A DNA stretch of 64,000 bases, from positions 29-64,028 of the forward strand of contig JAJYEP010000001.1 in the NCBI GenBank assembly GCA_021785735.1, in the 5' to 3' direction. The translations under genes and the position numbers were made by a program. The notes under the pieces were generated by a model. It was not told the DNA's origin and ran no database searches. It saw only the letters and a program-made list of their open reading frames with translations. Source of the DNA: Thermoplasmata archaeon (GTDB taxonomy: Archaea > Thermoplasmatota > Thermoplasmata > Thermoplasmatales > Thermoplasmataceae). Of this stretch, positions 55,010-64,000 are shown one piece after another (positions within the stretch are counted from its first letter, which is position 1; every line of letters begins with the position of its first letter).

Positions 55010-55487
55010 TTAGATCCTCCCCCGGTACCAGCATCCTTCTGATCAGGTTGTTGATATCCTTTCCACGGTAGCCAAGCGTTCCACCTGTGCCATACTGTCT
55101 CCTGATGTATTCTAAACCTTTCCTTGGAGGATGAAGTCTCATCACAGGCACAACGCCTTCAAGTTTTCCGTATTTCAGCTTTCCATCCATAATTGCCTGC
55201 GCAAGCTCGGAGTAGCTTGATACTCCCGCTATCTGCTTGATCTTTTCCTCAGTAAGTTTCTTGTGCCCCTGTATCATGGCTCTGTACTTGAGTGCAAGTT
55301 CCATGGTTTCCCTGTCTATCTCACCCCAAGTAGCATAATCTTTGAATGCGTGAAGCATTCCCCTGGTTTCCGGCGTATCGTCAAGAAAAACCATATGGTT
55401 AATCTTGTGGAGGCGCAGAAGTTCTCCGGTTTTCCTTGCCCTAGGCTTAACTCCAGTGCTTCCTCTAATCCTTATGACCGCTAGCAT
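54990..55487 (-). CDS. rpl30: 50S ribosomal protein L30 (uL30)
   Basis: 165 aa. [13 protein letters not shown]...[11 protein letters not shown] is typical of archaeal L30/L7e. Confidence 0.9.
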   Translation of the reverse strand: MLAVIRIRGSTGVKPRARKTGELLRLHKINHMVFLDDTPETRGMLHAFKDYATWGEIDRETMELALKYRAMIQGHKKLTEEKIKQIAGVSSYSELAQAIMDGKLKYGKLEGVVPVMRLHPPRKGLEYIRRQYGTGGTLGYRGKDINNLIRRMLVPGEDLNGEKQN

Positions 55488-56133
55488 TTAAAACACTCCC
55501 CACATATATCGGCGTACTTAGAATTATCGATGGATTAACTTTTATCTTTGATGTCTGAACAAGTGCATCAAAGGTCGCAAGAGCATAATTCACCGTGGTC
55601 TTGGTATGTCCCTTGGCAAATCCCCATGCATCTTCTATTCCAGCCATTTCAAGAATGATCTTGGCAATATCTCCCACTGCTCTTCCAACACCTCTTGGAG
55701 CAGGCTTCAAAGTTACACGAACAGATCCGGAAGACCCGTTCACCTCAAAGGGCAGTGTGTGTGCCCGTCCGCAGCCACATTCCCAGGATCCGCAACCTCT
55801 CTTGACTTCCATAATATGCATCTTTGCATTATTCACTGCCTTTCTGATTGCAGGTGCAGCCTCCTTAGCTCTTCCTCTGCCAACACCTACGTAGCCATCA
55901 CCGTTTCCAACCACTGCAGTTATGGAATAGCTCATTCGTCTGCCTGAGTCAGTCATTCTCTGGGCACGTTCAACATCCAGCACCTCGTCCTTGAGATCAG
56001 GAAGAAGGAAATCTATTATTTCAAATTCCTTCAACGGCAGCTTGCTCCTGATAACCTCTGATATAGTCTTTATCTTACCTTCAAAGACTAATTTTCCCAA
56101 CCTTGTTTTTGGAATCCACTGTTCTTCGCTCAT
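55465..56133 (-). CDS. rps5: 30S ribosomal protein S5 (uS5)
   Basis: 222 aa. [11 protein letters not shown]..., [18 protein letters not shown] and the C-terminal domain match S5. Confidence 0.92.
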   Translation of the reverse strand: MSEEQWIPKTRLGKLVFEGKIKTISEVIRSKLPLKEFEIIDFLLPDLKDEVLDVERAQRMTDSGRRMSYSITAVVGNGDGYVGVGRGRAKEAAPAIRKAVNNAKMHIMEVKRGCGSWECGCGRAHTLPFEVNGSSGSVRVTLKPAPRGVGRAVGDIAKIILEMAGIEDAWGFAKGHTKTTVNYALATFDALVQTSKIKVNPSIILSTPIYVGSVLNASGHKD

Positions 56134-56627
56134 ATTACCTCTTCCACCTTTTTCTTGTAAGTTTCTAAATTCTTCTTGATATCATCCTTGTTCTTTAAAT
56201 GGCTCCCACTGAGTCTCTTGTTGTTAGGAAGAATAGACTCGCTATGCGGTATATTACCGCCGGCATCAGCATATCCCTTCACTGCAGCAGATATCCTGCC
56301 TCCCTTGGTCATTTTTCTTCTTCCAGTATCAAGGATTACCTCTTCTATTCCGGACTTACCTGCGAATTTGCCAGCTGCAAATCCCATCAGATAGAATGAG
56401 GCGGTGCTGTTCCCCCTGATCCCTAGTCCCATTTTTTCGAGGGTCTTTGGAGTGATGGTCTTGAGTATGTGATCCCCTTCATTCCCAAACTCTACCAGTT
56501 GGACCACACCGCTTTTGGAGGTGGGTCTGACAACGAGTCTGGGCAATCCGGACTTGACCAGTCTGTATCTTTTCCTGTAATCGGTCAAGCCATTTCTTTC
56601 TCTCTTAAACTGTCTTGGTGTCTTCAT
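56130..56627 (-). CDS. rpl18: 50S ribosomal protein L18 (uL18)
   Basis: 165 aa. [26 protein letters not shown] matches L18/L5e, and the operon position agrees. Confidence 0.9.
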   Translation of the reverse strand: MKTPRQFKRERNGLTDYRKRYRLVKSGLPRLVVRPTSKSGVVQLVEFGNEGDHILKTITPKTLEKMGLGIRGNSTASFYLMGFAAGKFAGKSGIEEVILDTGRRKMTKGGRISAAVKGYADAGGNIPHSESILPNNKRLSGSHLKNKDDIKKNLETYKKKVEEVI

Positions 56628-57076
56628 TTAATTTCACCTGATGATCCGGCCTTTACGTGCGTGACCAGCTGAGCCCTCGACTGTATGGTTCCGCCCTTGA
56701 TAAAGCGGTAATACTTCCTGTACAGCTTCCTGTCGATCTGACCGCTCTGTTTCAACTTGAGCAACTCATCCCTCAATGACCGGATGGTTTTAACCCACCT
56801 GGATTTTCTGGGGAACCTGGCATATTTTGTGCCCTTCACAGAGCCTGGTCCTCTTCTTCTTTCCTTTGATTTCTGCTTTATCCTCTGCCTGAACCTTGCA
56901 CCGGAATTTCCCTTTGCAGGTTTAGCCTGAATGACATTTCTCCTGATGAGCGCACGAATGTCTGCTCGGGTGGCAGATTCGAGAATATCCTCGGTTGAAT
57001 TCGTATCAATCCAGACCCTGGACGTTCCGACTTTTAACATGTCTGCGGCAATCTTCCTTGCGGTTTCTGATCTCAA
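56624..57076 (-). CDS. rpl19e: 50S ribosomal protein L19e
   Basis: 150 aa. ARKIAADMLKVGTSRVWID...IRALIRRNVI matches L19e. Confidence 0.9.
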   Translation of the reverse strand: MRSETARKIAADMLKVGTSRVWIDTNSTEDILESATRADIRALIRRNVIQAKPAKGNSGARFRQRIKQKSKERRRGPGSVKGTKYARFPRKSRWVKTIRSLRDELLKLKQSGQIDRKLYRKYYRFIKGGTIQSRAQLVTHVKAGSSGEIK

Positions 57077-57463
57077 TTATTTCACCCCTCTGTTGAGTAT
57101 TTTCAGGTTCAGTTCGTCGGCTCTGGTCTCGATCATTTCCCTTTTGCGTGAACCAACATCGGAACCAATCCTTACTGCGAACCTTGTTCTGTCTATGGAA
57201 TCAAGTTCAGCAGGAGTGTGAACCAGTATTTCTCTGTAGCCTGAGGGATGAAGTCCTCTGACAGACACGGGTCCTCTGAATCCTGCATCAACTATTGGAG
57301 GTCTTCTGTCCTGCTGCTCTCTCTGCTTTGAATGCTTTCCTCTGGGTTTTCTCCAAGATTCTCCAAGCCTCTTGTATCTGAACCATTCCTGTCTCCTGAA
57401 TTCAACTCTTCTTCTTGCACGGTCAGTTTTGTACCTGAGTAGCCTTCTCTCCTCAGTGCTCAT
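57077..57463 (-). CDS. rpl32e: 50S ribosomal protein L32e
   Basis: [32 protein letters not shown] matches L32e. Start set at ATG 57463, which clears the L6 stop. The ORF-track start at 57514 overlaps L6 by 38 nt. Confidence 0.88.
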   Translation of the reverse strand: MSTEERRLLRYKTDRARRRVEFRRQEWFRYKRLGESWRKPRGKHSKQREQQDRRPPIVDAGFRGPVSVRGLHPSGYREILVHTPAELDSIDRTRFAVRIGSDVGSRKREMIETRADELNLKILNRGVK

Positions 57464-57476
57464 AGTCTGTTTTGCC

Positions 57477-58028
57477 TCAGACACTGTTCTCGCCTCCAAG
57501 CAAATATATTCCATCCTGGAATACTCTCAAATCGAATCCCTTTATCTTGGTGGCTCTTTCAATATTGGAGGCTGTGTGTCCTATTTCTTCTCTGTCTATT
57601 CCGGTTATGGTTACCCTATCCCCCTTGACCGTAACCTTGCAGCTGCCAACAATCTGGGCGGATCTTGCAGATCTTTCTCCGAGGAAGTTTTCGATCACAG
57701 TTTTATCACCCTTCACGGAAACTCTCATCGGAAAGTGCGTGTAATCGATCTTCATCTCATATTCATATCCTTCAGTGACACCCTTAAACAGAAGTTTTGT
57801 TATGGATGTCCATGTGCCGAGGATGGCACGGCTCCTGTTGTTGTTTTTGGAGATACTGAATATAAGTTTGTTTCCCGAAAGTTCAACTCTGACAAAGTTG
57901 TCCCTGAACGTTCTTCTGGTTTCTCCCTTCGGGCCAGTTATTGTCAGGAATCCATTGTCCAGAGTGACTTTAATCTGTTTTGGTATTTCAATTTCTTCCA
58001 TTTTCTCAAATTTGACCATCTGTTTCAC
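57477..58028 (-). CDS. rpl6: 50S ribosomal protein L6 (uL6)
   Basis: 183 aa with a two-domain repeat. [24 protein letters not shown] is typical of L6. Confidence 0.9.
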   Translation of the reverse strand: MKQMVKFEKMEEIEIPKQIKVTLDNGFLTITGPKGETRRTFRDNFVRVELSGNKLIFSISKNNNRSRAILGTWTSITKLLFKGVTEGYEYEMKIDYTHFPMRVSVKGDKTVIENFLGERSARSAQIVGSCKVTVKGDRVTITGIDREEIGHTASNIERATKIKGFDLRVFQDGIYLLGGENSV

Positions 58029-58418
58029 CTAATATATCCATGCGAGGAGTTTTCCTCCAAGACCATTTTTCCTTGCTTCAACATGACTCATAACTCCCTT
58101 TGTAGTGGTCATTATTATAATCCCGAAGTCCTGTGCAGGAAGATAGCGAGACTCATATTTTTCAAGTGTCTTGATCTTCACCGGAAATCTCGGCTTGATA
58201 ACACCGCAATTGTTGATGGTGTCACTGAGTGTAATCTTGAATTTGCTGCCCATCTTATCCTCTATCACCTCGAAGCTCTTGAGATAGTTGTAGTCCTGCA
58301 TCACCCTTAGAACTCTCCCGGTCATTCTTGCCGCAGGAGAAACCTCGATCTGATGTATCCCAATTTTTGAAGCGTTCTTTATCTGGTTTATTATATCATT
58401 TAACGGATCATGTCTCAT
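58029..58418 (-). CDS. rps8: 30S ribosomal protein S8 (uS8)
   Basis: 129 aa. MRHDPLNDIINQIKNA... and C-terminal GGKLLAWIY are typical of S8. Confidence 0.9.
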   Translation of the reverse strand: MRHDPLNDIINQIKNASKIGIHQIEVSPAARMTGRVLRVMQDYNYLKSFEVIEDKMGSKFKITLSDTINNCGVIKPRFPVKIKTLEKYESRYLPAQDFGIIIMTTTKGVMSHVEARKNGLGGKLLAWIY

Positions 58419-58427
58419 AAAATCACC

Positions 58428-58589
58428 TCAACTGTACTTCCTGAATCCCAGTGACGGGGCGGTCTCTCTGAAACACTGCCTGCACAATCTCAATCCGTAC
58501 CGCCTTACCAGGCCTCTCTTTCTCCCGCATCGCTTGCATCCATCCTTACGTCCAAACCTCTTTTTTGGTTCCAATTTGATTTTTGCCAA
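58428..58589 (-). CDS. rps14: 30S ribosomal protein S14 type Z (uS14, zinc-binding)
   Basis: Not in the ORF track (53 aa). My translation from a TTG start is (M)[52 protein letters not shown], with CxxC...CxxC. It fills the expected gap between L5 and S8. Confidence 0.88.
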   Translation of the reverse strand: MAKIKLEPKKRFGRKDGCKRCGRKRGLVRRYGLRLCRQCFRETAPSLGFRKYS

Positions 58590-58593
58590 TTTT

Positions 58594-59106
58594 TCACCCT
58601 ACCGTTGAGACTCCAAAGTTCTTCTTCAGATATTCTAAAGATTCCTCTTTGGAAACCCTGATTTTTGATGGCAAGCTCCTCTGGTTAATTTTCCTCCTTG
58701 CTACCCTGTAACCGCCTCTCCTCTTGAAAACGATCGCAATGTCCATTCCAAATATGCCGATCTCGGGATCGTATTTCAGCCCCTCAAACTCAGTGTAGTC
58801 TGGTATACCGAAATAGGCATTTCCCTGCTTATCGAAGGAATAAATCGGAATCTTGTTCCCCTTTGCAAAGAAAGCCCTTTTGAGGAATTCACTGGCCTCG
58901 TCACCCCTCAGGGTCACTTTAACCCCAATGGTCAGACCCTTTCTGGTGTTGAACTCCCTCACGGTCTTCTTGCCTGTGGTGAATACCGGCTTCTTCTTTG
59001 TAAGCAGTGTGGTGACTTTGGCTGCTTTGTTAAGCCTGTCTCCAGCCTGTCCAACGCCAATATTCAGAACAACCTTGTCGATGATTACCTCTTGCATCGG
59101 ATTCAT
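58594..59106 (-). CDS. rpl5: 50S ribosomal protein L5 (uL5)
   Basis: 170 aa. [18 protein letters not shown]... matches L5, and the operon position agrees. Confidence 0.9.
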   Translation of the reverse strand: MNPMQEVIIDKVVLNIGVGQAGDRLNKAAKVTTLLTKKKPVFTTGKKTVREFNTRKGLTIGVKVTLRGDEASEFLKRAFFAKGNKIPIYSFDKQGNAYFGIPDYTEFEGLKYDPEIGIFGMDIAIVFKRRGGYRVARRKINQRSLPSKIRVSKEESLEYLKKNFGVSTVG

Positions 59107-59792
59107 TAATTCTCCACCTCTGAAATCTCATACTGGAACTTGTTGTTGCCAACCACAAAAGCATAGTCAACTACAGTCCCGAACCCTTCCTCAAGGGTCA
59201 GCATGTTGGAGTGTGACGACTCCTTGACCTCAATCTTCTTTATGGTGGCAATTTTTCCAACGTGCGAACCACCGGTAAGGAAAACCTTGTTTCCAGGTTG
59301 CAATTTCAGGACCTGCTCAATCTTCTTGTCGGGAAGAGAAACCAGCAGTACGTCACCAGGCTTGAGATCCTTGTTTTCGGAAAGCACGTTTTGCCCGTCA
59401 TGGAATGAGATCAGATACTTGCCTGCTCCCTCATCCTTCTTTCCCACTATCTTCACTAACTTTGAACTGGATCCCTGGCCCTCCTGCTTTACAAGCGTGA
59501 GCCTTCCCTTCGTATCGTACTGAACCCTGTAGTCGGAATCAAGACCATCAATGTGAATGAGGTCCATAAAACCAACCGAATAACGCCTTTCCTTTACCAT
59601 CTTACCGTCAATCTTAACCTTCCCCGTGTTGATTATTCTGGTGACCTCCCTTTCCTTGTCACCAAGGTGAAGATAGTCACGGAGAACTGTGATCAGTGCA
59701 ATGCTGTCCTCTTTCTTGTGTTTGCCTATGCTCGGGGTAACACTCCAGAAGTGGACCTTCCTGGGAATGTTGACCGCACGCGATACCATCAT
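59106..59792 (-). CDS. rps4e: 30S ribosomal protein S4e
   Basis: Start set at MMVSRAVNIPRKVHFW (ATG 59792, 4 nt after the L24 stop). The S4 and KOW-like regions follow. The ORF-track upstream extension to 59966 is the alternate frame of the L24 tail. Confidence 0.88.
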   Translation of the reverse strand: MMVSRAVNIPRKVHFWSVTPSIGKHKKEDSIALITVLRDYLHLGDKEREVTRIINTGKVKIDGKMVKERRYSVGFMDLIHIDGLDSDYRVQYDTKGRLTLVKQEGQGSSSKLVKIVGKKDEGAGKYLISFHDGQNVLSENKDLKPGDVLLVSLPDKKIEQVLKLQPGNKVFLTGGSHVGKIATIKKIEVKESSHSNMLTLEEGFGTVVDYAFVVGNNKFQYEISEVEN

Positions 59793-59796
59793 CCTT

Positions 59797-60288
59797 TTAG
59801 TTCTGTTTATTGTCAGTATCTTCACCCTCCTTTTCCTCTTCAGTTTCCTGAACCGTATTTTGTTCCTCCTCTGTACTGTCGGCCTGTGAAGGCTCCTTTT
59901 CAGGCAGCGCAGGCTCGGAAGACGGTGCGGATAACTCTGAAGGGGCCGTTTCCGGCGGCTCCTCAACTATGACTTTGTTCCTCTTAGCAGCCAGTTCCCT
60001 TATCCTTTCCATTCTCTCCGGTCTTGAAAGATCCAGTCTGGTGATGACCACCTGATTTGGTTTAACCGGTTTTTCTTTCTGCTTTCCGTCGGCCTTCGCA
60101 ACGGTGACTCCATCCACGACAAGCGTCGAATGGACGTGATCGACTGAATCCACCTTGCCCCCCTCAGTCTTTCTTGAACCTGATTTTACTACCACTATGT
60201 CTCCCTTTGTAATCGGAAAATGGGAGATACCGTATTTTTTCCTCAGTTCCTTGCTCAGCGATACATTTATTCTAGATTTCATTATCAA
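59797..60288 (-). CDS. rpl24: 50S ribosomal protein L24 (uL24) with acidic C-terminal extension
   Basis: 163 aa. The KOW motif region is ITKGDIVVVKSGSRKTEGGKV. The last 55 residues or so are Glu/Pro/Ser-rich (EEPPETAPSELSAPSSEPALPEKEPSQADSTEEEQNTVQETEEEKEGEDTDNKQN). Confidence 0.88.
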   Translation of the reverse strand: MIMKSRINVSLSKELRKKYGISHFPITKGDIVVVKSGSRKTEGGKVDSVDHVHSTLVVDGVTVAKADGKQKEKPVKPNQVVITRLDLSRPERMERIRELAAKRNKVIVEEPPETAPSELSAPSSEPALPEKEPSQADSTEEEQNTVQETEEEKEGEDTDNKQN

Positions 60289-60295
60289 TCATTCC

Positions 60296-60694
60296 TCACA
60301 CTATAGTCGATGCAATTGCAGCAATTCTGGGCCATCTCTCGGATGCCTCCCTTGCTACAGGCCCTTTGATTTCAGATCCTCGTACCTCGCCCTCAGGGGT
60401 CACCAGCACAGCTGCATTATCTTCAAATTCAACCATGACTCCGTCCGGTCTTCTGAAAGGTCTTCTCTGCCTTATGACGACTGCATAAACGACCTTGCTT
60501 CTCATCTCCGGAGTTCCTTTCTTTACGGTTGCGATGAACAGATCTCCGACACCTGCCGCAGGTATTCTTCTTGCAACGCCATGATAGGCCTTTACATTGA
60601 TGAGGCTGATGACCTTAGCACCGGTGTTGTCTGCGCATGTCATGGTTGCACCCAGTGGCAGACCTCTATGTTGTCTTCCGGCTATGCCTTTCAT
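60296..60694 (-). CDS. rpl14: 50S ribosomal protein L14 (uL14)
   Basis: 132 aa. TCADNTGAK...ATVKKG...VVIRQRRPFRRPDG matches L14. Confidence 0.92.
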   Translation of the reverse strand: MKGIAGRQHRGLPLGATMTCADNTGAKVISLINVKAYHGVARRIPAAGVGDLFIATVKKGTPEMRSKVVYAVVIRQRRPFRRPDGVMVEFEDNAAVLVTPEGEVRGSEIKGPVAREASERWPRIAAIASTIV

Positions 60695-61017
60695 TCCGTC
60701 ACCTTCTCCACAACAACGTATGATATGGTCTTTGAGAGCTTCCTACACTCAGCTATCTTGACACTGTCCCCTGGCGATATTGAAATACACGCAGGCACGT
60801 GTGCATGATACTTATGAAGCACAGTGATGTTTCTTTCGTATTTTGGTACCCTCTTTCTTATATTCCTTGTAATCACCGCACTTCCAATCATGTTTGTGGA
60901 TTCAACCTCTCCAGTGATTACCTGTCCTCTAACAACTAATTCGCCATGAAACGGGCACTTTTTGTCTGTGCATTCAGTTTCAGGAACCTTTACATTTAGT
61001 CCTATATTCGATTTCAT
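60691..61017 (-). CDS. rps17: 30S ribosomal protein S17 (uS17)
   Basis: 108 aa. CPFHGELVVRGQVITGEVES... and GDSVKIAECRKLSKT match archaeal S17. Confidence 0.9.
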   Translation of the reverse strand: MKSNIGLNVKVPETECTDKKCPFHGELVVRGQVITGEVESTNMIGSAVITRNIRKRVPKYERNITVLHKYHAHVPACISISPGDSVKIAECRKLSKTISYVVVEKVTE

Positions 61018-61019
61018 TC

Positions 61020-61301
61020 TTACCTCAACCTCTTGATTTTCCTTTCAGTTCTGTTCCAATTCTTGATTCTGTCCTCGGGAGTCATAGTTAGCAGTTCCCC
61101 TTTCAGAGGACTGTCCTGATTTGCAAATTTGAATTTGGCTATGTTCTTCGGGATGACGCTGGTTTTTTTGCCATCTGCTATCACGAATGTGTTCTTGGTT
61201 TCGTCAATTACGACGCCTGTCTTTCCGATCATCGACTTGTTTGTGCTCCATGTGATGGTAATACTTTTCCCGATGAATTCATCGAAATAGTCAGAGAGCA
61301 A
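61020..61301 (-). CDS. rnp1: RNase P protein component 1 (Rpp29/Pop4)
   Basis: 93 aa. GKSITITWSTNKSMIGKTGVVIDETKNTFVI matches the Rpp29 Sm-like fold signature. It occupies the conserved slot upstream of S17. Confidence 0.82.
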   Translation of the reverse strand: MLSDYFDEFIGKSITITWSTNKSMIGKTGVVIDETKNTFVIADGKKTSVIPKNIAKFKFANQDSPLKGELLTMTPEDRIKNWNRTERKIKRLR

Positions 61302-61601
61302 TCAGATCACCTCGGTCTTAAAGCCCATGTCATCAAGTATCTTCTTTACCTCAGGTCTGTGATCACCCTGAAGCTCCACGGTTTTACCGTCCTTTACAGT
61401 TCCACCTGCTGCAACCTTTTTCTTGAGTATCTTTGCGATTTCATAGATATCCTCTTCTTTGGGATCGATACCTTCGATTATTGTAACGTTCTTCCCATAC
61501 CTTCTCTTGTCAACGCTTATCTTTATTGACTGTGAGTCCCTGGAAAAACCATCCCATGGCTGCAGTTCCTTTGGTATCCCTGTAAAGTTCTTATCCTTCA
61601 T
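61302..61601 (-). CDS. sui1: Translation initiation factor aSUI1 (eIF1 homologue)
   Basis: 99 aa. IKISVDKRRYGKNVTIIEGID...LKKKVAAGGTVKDG...ELQGDHR matches SUI1. Confidence 0.9.
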   Translation of the reverse strand: MKDKNFTGIPKELQPWDGFSRDSQSIKISVDKRRYGKNVTIIEGIDPKEEDIYEIAKILKKKVAAGGTVKDGKTVELQGDHRPEVKKILDDMGFKTEVI

Positions 61602-61810
61602 TTAAGAGTTTCCTCCGACCCAATTACGGTCATTATCCTCGCTATCTGTCTCCTGATGGATTTCATCTTGCCCGGGCTCACAGGAGAACCCCCCATGGCA
61701 ACAGAAGCTCTCTCCTTCAAGAGAAGCTGTTGAAGATTCTTCAATTTGGATTTTATCTCTTCACTGCTCATTTCCCTGATCTGTTTTGCTCTCAGTTCCA
61801 CTAGGTTCAC
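61598..61810 (-). CDS. rpl29: 50S ribosomal protein L29 (uL29)
   Basis: 70 aa. [31 protein letters not shown] matches L29. Its first 50 nt overlap the S3 3' end. Confidence 0.88.
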   Translation of the reverse strand: MNLVELRAKQIREMSSEEIKSKLKNLQQLLLKERASVAMGGSPVSPGKMKSIRRQIARIMTVIGSEETLK

Positions 61811-62444
61811 CTCCTTTTACTTCTGTAATTGTGGCTGTGCTTTCAACAATCTTCGGCGGAGAAACATCGATCTCATCCGGCAATCTGTAATCGGAATTCA
61901 AAATCCCAACCGATATCCCGATGATTCCAAGTTTAAGTTTTGCCACTGCAAAGCCTCTGAGCATACCAACCCTTGCCGGTTCCCCGGAATACTTAATCGA
62001 TCCTGAAATGAATTTCTGGGATCTGGCCCTTTCGCCTGAAAGTTTGCCACCGATCCTTATGATAACACCTTTACTTTTGCTTTCTACGGTTCTTCTCAGA
62101 GCAGTGTTTCCAGCCCTTCTGTATGACCATCCCTTTTCGAGTGTAAGGGCGATCTTCTTTGACACTATGAACGGATTCAGATCAGGTTTATCCACTTCTT
62201 TAACCTCGATCTGCGGTGATTCAACTTTGAAGACCCTTTCAAGATGCTCGGTGATTTCCTGCACCTTCATTCCTCTTCTTCCTATCACAAGACCTGGCTT
62301 GTTCACGTGCAGGGTTATATTGTTTCCAAAAGGAGTTCTTTTCATCTCCATCCCTCCATATCCTGCAGTGTCAGTTTCACTTTTGATGTACTCAGTTATC
62401 AGTAGTCTGTTGACGGCATCCTGTACAAATTTTCTCTCCTTCAC
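61761..62444 (-). CDS. rps3: 30S ribosomal protein S3 (uS3)
   Basis: 227 aa. The KH domain region is [21 protein letters not shown], and the C-terminal domain follows. Confidence 0.92.
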   Translation of the reverse strand: MKERKFVQDAVNRLLITEYIKSETDTAGYGGMEMKRTPFGNNITLHVNKPGLVIGRRGMKVQEITEHLERVFKVESPQIEVKEVDKPDLNPFIVSKKIALTLEKGWSYRRAGNTALRRTVESKSKGVIIRIGGKLSGERARSQKFISGSIKYSGEPARVGMLRGFAVAKLKLGIIGISVGILNSDYRLPDEIDVSPPKIVESTATITEVKGGEPSGTESKTDQGNEQ

Positions 62445-62899
62445 TCTTTTACCTCCTCTAAAACCATGGATATGTTAACCAGATCTTTCACAAATAGCCC
62501 GGCAGAACCGTGTGCCTTGGGTCTGTATTTCTTAATCATCCTGCCCTTGGAAGCTTCGACGTGTACAAGTCTGAGATTGTCGGTGTCAAGTCCTTTGAAT
62601 TCTGCATTTGCGACAGCATTCAGGAACGTCTGTTTGAAAGCCTTCATCGCCTTCACTGGATATCTTCCAGGACCAACGCCTTTCCTGTGAGACACAGAGT
62701 CCAGATACCTGAAATAAGGGACAGCTGTTCTCTTCTCAATGACTCCATCGATTATATCCCTGAGTTCCGATATCTTCTTTCCACGAAGGAAGTGGGCAAT
62801 GTTCACCGCATCCTTCAGAGATATATCCTCCTCTACGGATCTCGAAATGGCATTCTTTTCAGGTAATTTTTCAATTGCGTATCCTTTCATCATCATCAC
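62441..62899 (-). CDS. rpl22: 50S ribosomal protein L22 (uL22)
   Basis: 152 aa. [19 protein letters not shown]... and [20 protein letters not shown] match L22. Confidence 0.9.
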   Translation of the reverse strand: MMMMKGYAIEKLPEKNAISRSVEEDISLKDAVNIAHFLRGKKISELRDIIDGVIEKRTAVPYFRYLDSVSHRKGVGPGRYPVKAMKAFKQTFLNAVANAEFKGLDTDNLRLVHVEASKGRMIKKYRPKAHGSAGLFVKDLVNISMVLEEVKE

Positions 62900-63354
62900 T
62901 TCAGAGGCATAAACTTGGAAGATCTTGTTGCTCCTACACCTGGTCCAGAGTGTTTGACCTCTTTCCTGGTTGTTGAATATTCTCCCAAATAGTGTCCAAT
63001 CATTTCCGGTTTGATTTCAAACTTGACATAGGTGTTTCCGTTATACACTTCAACAACCTTGCCAACGTATCTCGGAATTACTATTAGATCTCTCACGTGC
63101 GTCTTCAGGCTTGCCTTCTCCGATTCAAGCAGCTTCTGGTGCAGGGCGAGCTGATCATGATTCATCTCTCTGCTCAAAGTTCTTCTTGCACGGGATGGTA
63201 GTATTTCGAGCAGATCATCCAATGGCAAATTTTTCAATTCTTCCAGTGAATATCCTCTGTAAAGGAATTCCTTGGATCTGCCCATCACTACCTTCTGTGA
63301 CTTTCTGGCTTTCCTCTTTATAGATTTAACAGATGCCTGTTTTTTAACTGCCAT
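62896..63354 (-). CDS. rps19: 30S ribosomal protein S19 (uS19)
   Basis: 152 aa. FLYRGYSLEEL... and [50 protein letters not shown] match S19. Its ATG overlaps the L2 stop (TAATG). Confidence 0.9.
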   Translation of the reverse strand: MAVKKQASVKSIKRKARKSQKVVMGRSKEFLYRGYSLEELKNLPLDDLLEILPSRARRTLSREMNHDQLALHQKLLESEKASLKTHVRDLIVIPRYVGKVVEVYNGNTYVKFEIKPEMIGHYLGEYSTTRKEVKHSGPGVGATRSSKFMPLK

Positions 63355-64000
63355 TAATTCTTCCTCCTCTGTGGGGAGAGCCTTCCTACTTTCTTACCAG
63401 GCGGCGCCCCTCTTGCAACAGTGCTCGGTCCACCAACATGCTGGTGATTTCCTCCACCATGCGGATGGTTTGCTGCATTCATAGCGACACCTCTTACTGT
63501 GTAAGGACGCTTAGCCTTACTCTGCAGATAATGAATATGATTACCGGCTTTAAGTATAGGCAGATCACGTGCACCGGATCCGGCAACTGTTCCAACAGTG
63601 GCCTTGCAATTAGGGTTGAATCTTCTGATTTTCCCGGATGACAACTTGAGAGAAACTCCTTCGCCATGGCTTATTATTAGGGCCGAAGAGCCTGCTGTAC
63701 GGCAAAATTTTCCACCATCTCCGGGCATGCTCTCAATATTGTGGACCAAGTAACCGTCCGGTATCATTCCAAGCGTTGAGGTAATACCCTTGTTTATTTC
63801 GCTTGAAGCGCCAGAGATAATAGTCTGGCCCACGAAGGCACCTGTAAAGGCAAGTTGATAATCCTTTTTACCCTCTGAATTCTCAATAACAAGTAGGGGT
63901 GCGTTTCTGCCGGGTGCGTGAACAATATCTTTGACAGTGTATTTTCCAGCACCAGGCAATTTCAGTGCGGTCACGTGCCTGTGGCTTGGGCTCCTGTATA
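63354..64000 (-). CDS. rpl2: 50S ribosomal protein L2 (uL2), 5'-partial (continues beyond the window end)
   Basis: C-terminal [14 protein letters not shown]...[10 protein letters not shown] matches L2. The frame stays open past the ORF-track Met (63974) to base 64000, reading [16 protein letters not shown], which is L2 N-terminal sequence. Confidence 0.92.
   Translation of the reverse strand, partial: YRSPSHRHVTALKLPGAGKYTVKDIVHAPGRNAPLLVIENSEGKKDYQLAFTGAFVGQTIISGASSEINKGITSTLGMIPDGYLVHNIESMPGDGGKFCRTAGSSALIISHGEGVSLKLSSGKIRRFNPNCKATVGTVAGSGARDLPILKAGNHIHYLQSKAKRPYTVRGVAMNAANHPHGGGNHQHVGGPSTVARGAPPGKKVGRLSPQRRKN

Noticed and set aside
57372-58310. A 312-aa ORF on the plus strand, antisense to rpl32e, rpl6 and rps8. 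It is strikingly long for a spurious ORF.
   Set aside because: It is codon-aligned antisense to the ribosomal genes; L6 and S8 are contiguous and in the same register. In that register, antisense stops require sense TTA, CTA or TCA codons, which these highly expressed genes avoid. The translated product is Leu/Ser/Phe-rich with no recognisable motif. This is a codon-bias artefact.
59793-59966. N-terminal extensions in the ORF track: S4e (58 Arg-rich codons), UPF0173 hydrolase (37739-37801), ABC ATPase (7720-7773), PurQ (29713-29814), Cbf5 (51071-51115), L32e (57464-57514) and the HD hydrolase (10146-10181).
   Set aside because: In each case a downstream start gives the canonical conserved N-terminus and removes a deep overlap with the upstream gene or RNA. 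The extensions are alternate-frame translations of neighbouring genes or structured DNA.
60155-60808. Further long antisense ORFs opposite ribosomal and translation genes: 60155-60808 (217 aa), 61921-62478 (185 aa), 49955-50506 (183 aa), 59553-59972 and 55606-55947.
   Set aside because: The explanation is the same as above: a codon-aligned antisense frame of genes with strong codon bias. All are fully contained within well-supported genes on the other strand, and none has motif support.
1-64000. I scanned for CRISPR arrays, transposases or integrases, prophage genes, toxin-antitoxin pairs and known defence systems. The HD dNTPase-like protein, the AbrB-like protein and the P-loop proteins were considered as possible parts of such systems.
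   Set aside because: There are no direct-repeat arrays, no recombinase-like ORFs and no defence-island gene context. The HD protein, AbrB-like protein and kinases all sit among housekeeping genes with operon-like packing, so the window looks like core chromosome.

Overview
This is a densely coding chromosomal segment of an archaeon, roughly 40-45% G+C by eye. I supported about 75 protein genes, one tRNA and one SRP RNA.

The lineage call rests on gene content and order. aIF5A, aSUI1 and RNase P Rpp29 sit inside the S10/spc ribosomal cluster, alongside the archaeal/eukaryotic-type proteins L10e, L19e, L32e, L37e and S4e. The window also has an Sm protein, Cbf5, a Nop-domain protein, Orc1/Cdc6, membrane LonB, FBP aldolase/phosphatase and a two-subunit 2-oxoacid:ferredoxin oxidoreductase. 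This is Euryarchaeota and looks most like Thermoplasmata, but that is an impression from memory, not a search result.

Main blocks, in order:
- TPR and membrane proteins
- iorAB
- a FecCD-type ABC uptake operon
- SRP RNA
- a riboflavin/FAD operon (ribB-ribL-ribC-ribH) convergent with a FolE2/MptA-type cyclohydrolase
- prefoldin beta and Pcc1
- tRNA-Arg(UCU)
- alaS
- aroC
- lonB
- purQ
- two unusual membrane proteins
- fbp
- OFOR alpha and beta
- orc1/cdc6
- folC
- an AlaX-like protein
- L10e
- speB-aIF5A
- Sm-L37e-purF
- from about 49.3 kb to the window end, a minus-strand supercluster: nop-like, cbf5, cmk, DUF106, adk, secY, then L15 through L2

I saw no CRISPR array, transposase, integrase or recognisable defence system, so this is core genome.

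The most interesting items:
1. A pair of related polytopic membrane proteins (30.1-33.1 kb) carry an internally duplicated Glu/Met-rich helix motif. One is fused to a NapH/CcoG-like ferredoxin module.
2. Two apparent pseudoenzymes have every metal ligand substituted: an AlaX-like protein and a site-2-protease-like protein.
3. A 233-nt overlap joins cbf5 and the Nop-domain gene.
4. A small protein ends in a ribosomal-stalk-like tail.
5. Three sub-threshold genes are missing from the ORF track: S14, L37e and an AbrB-like protein.

All family assignments come from motif recognition by eye. No searches were run.
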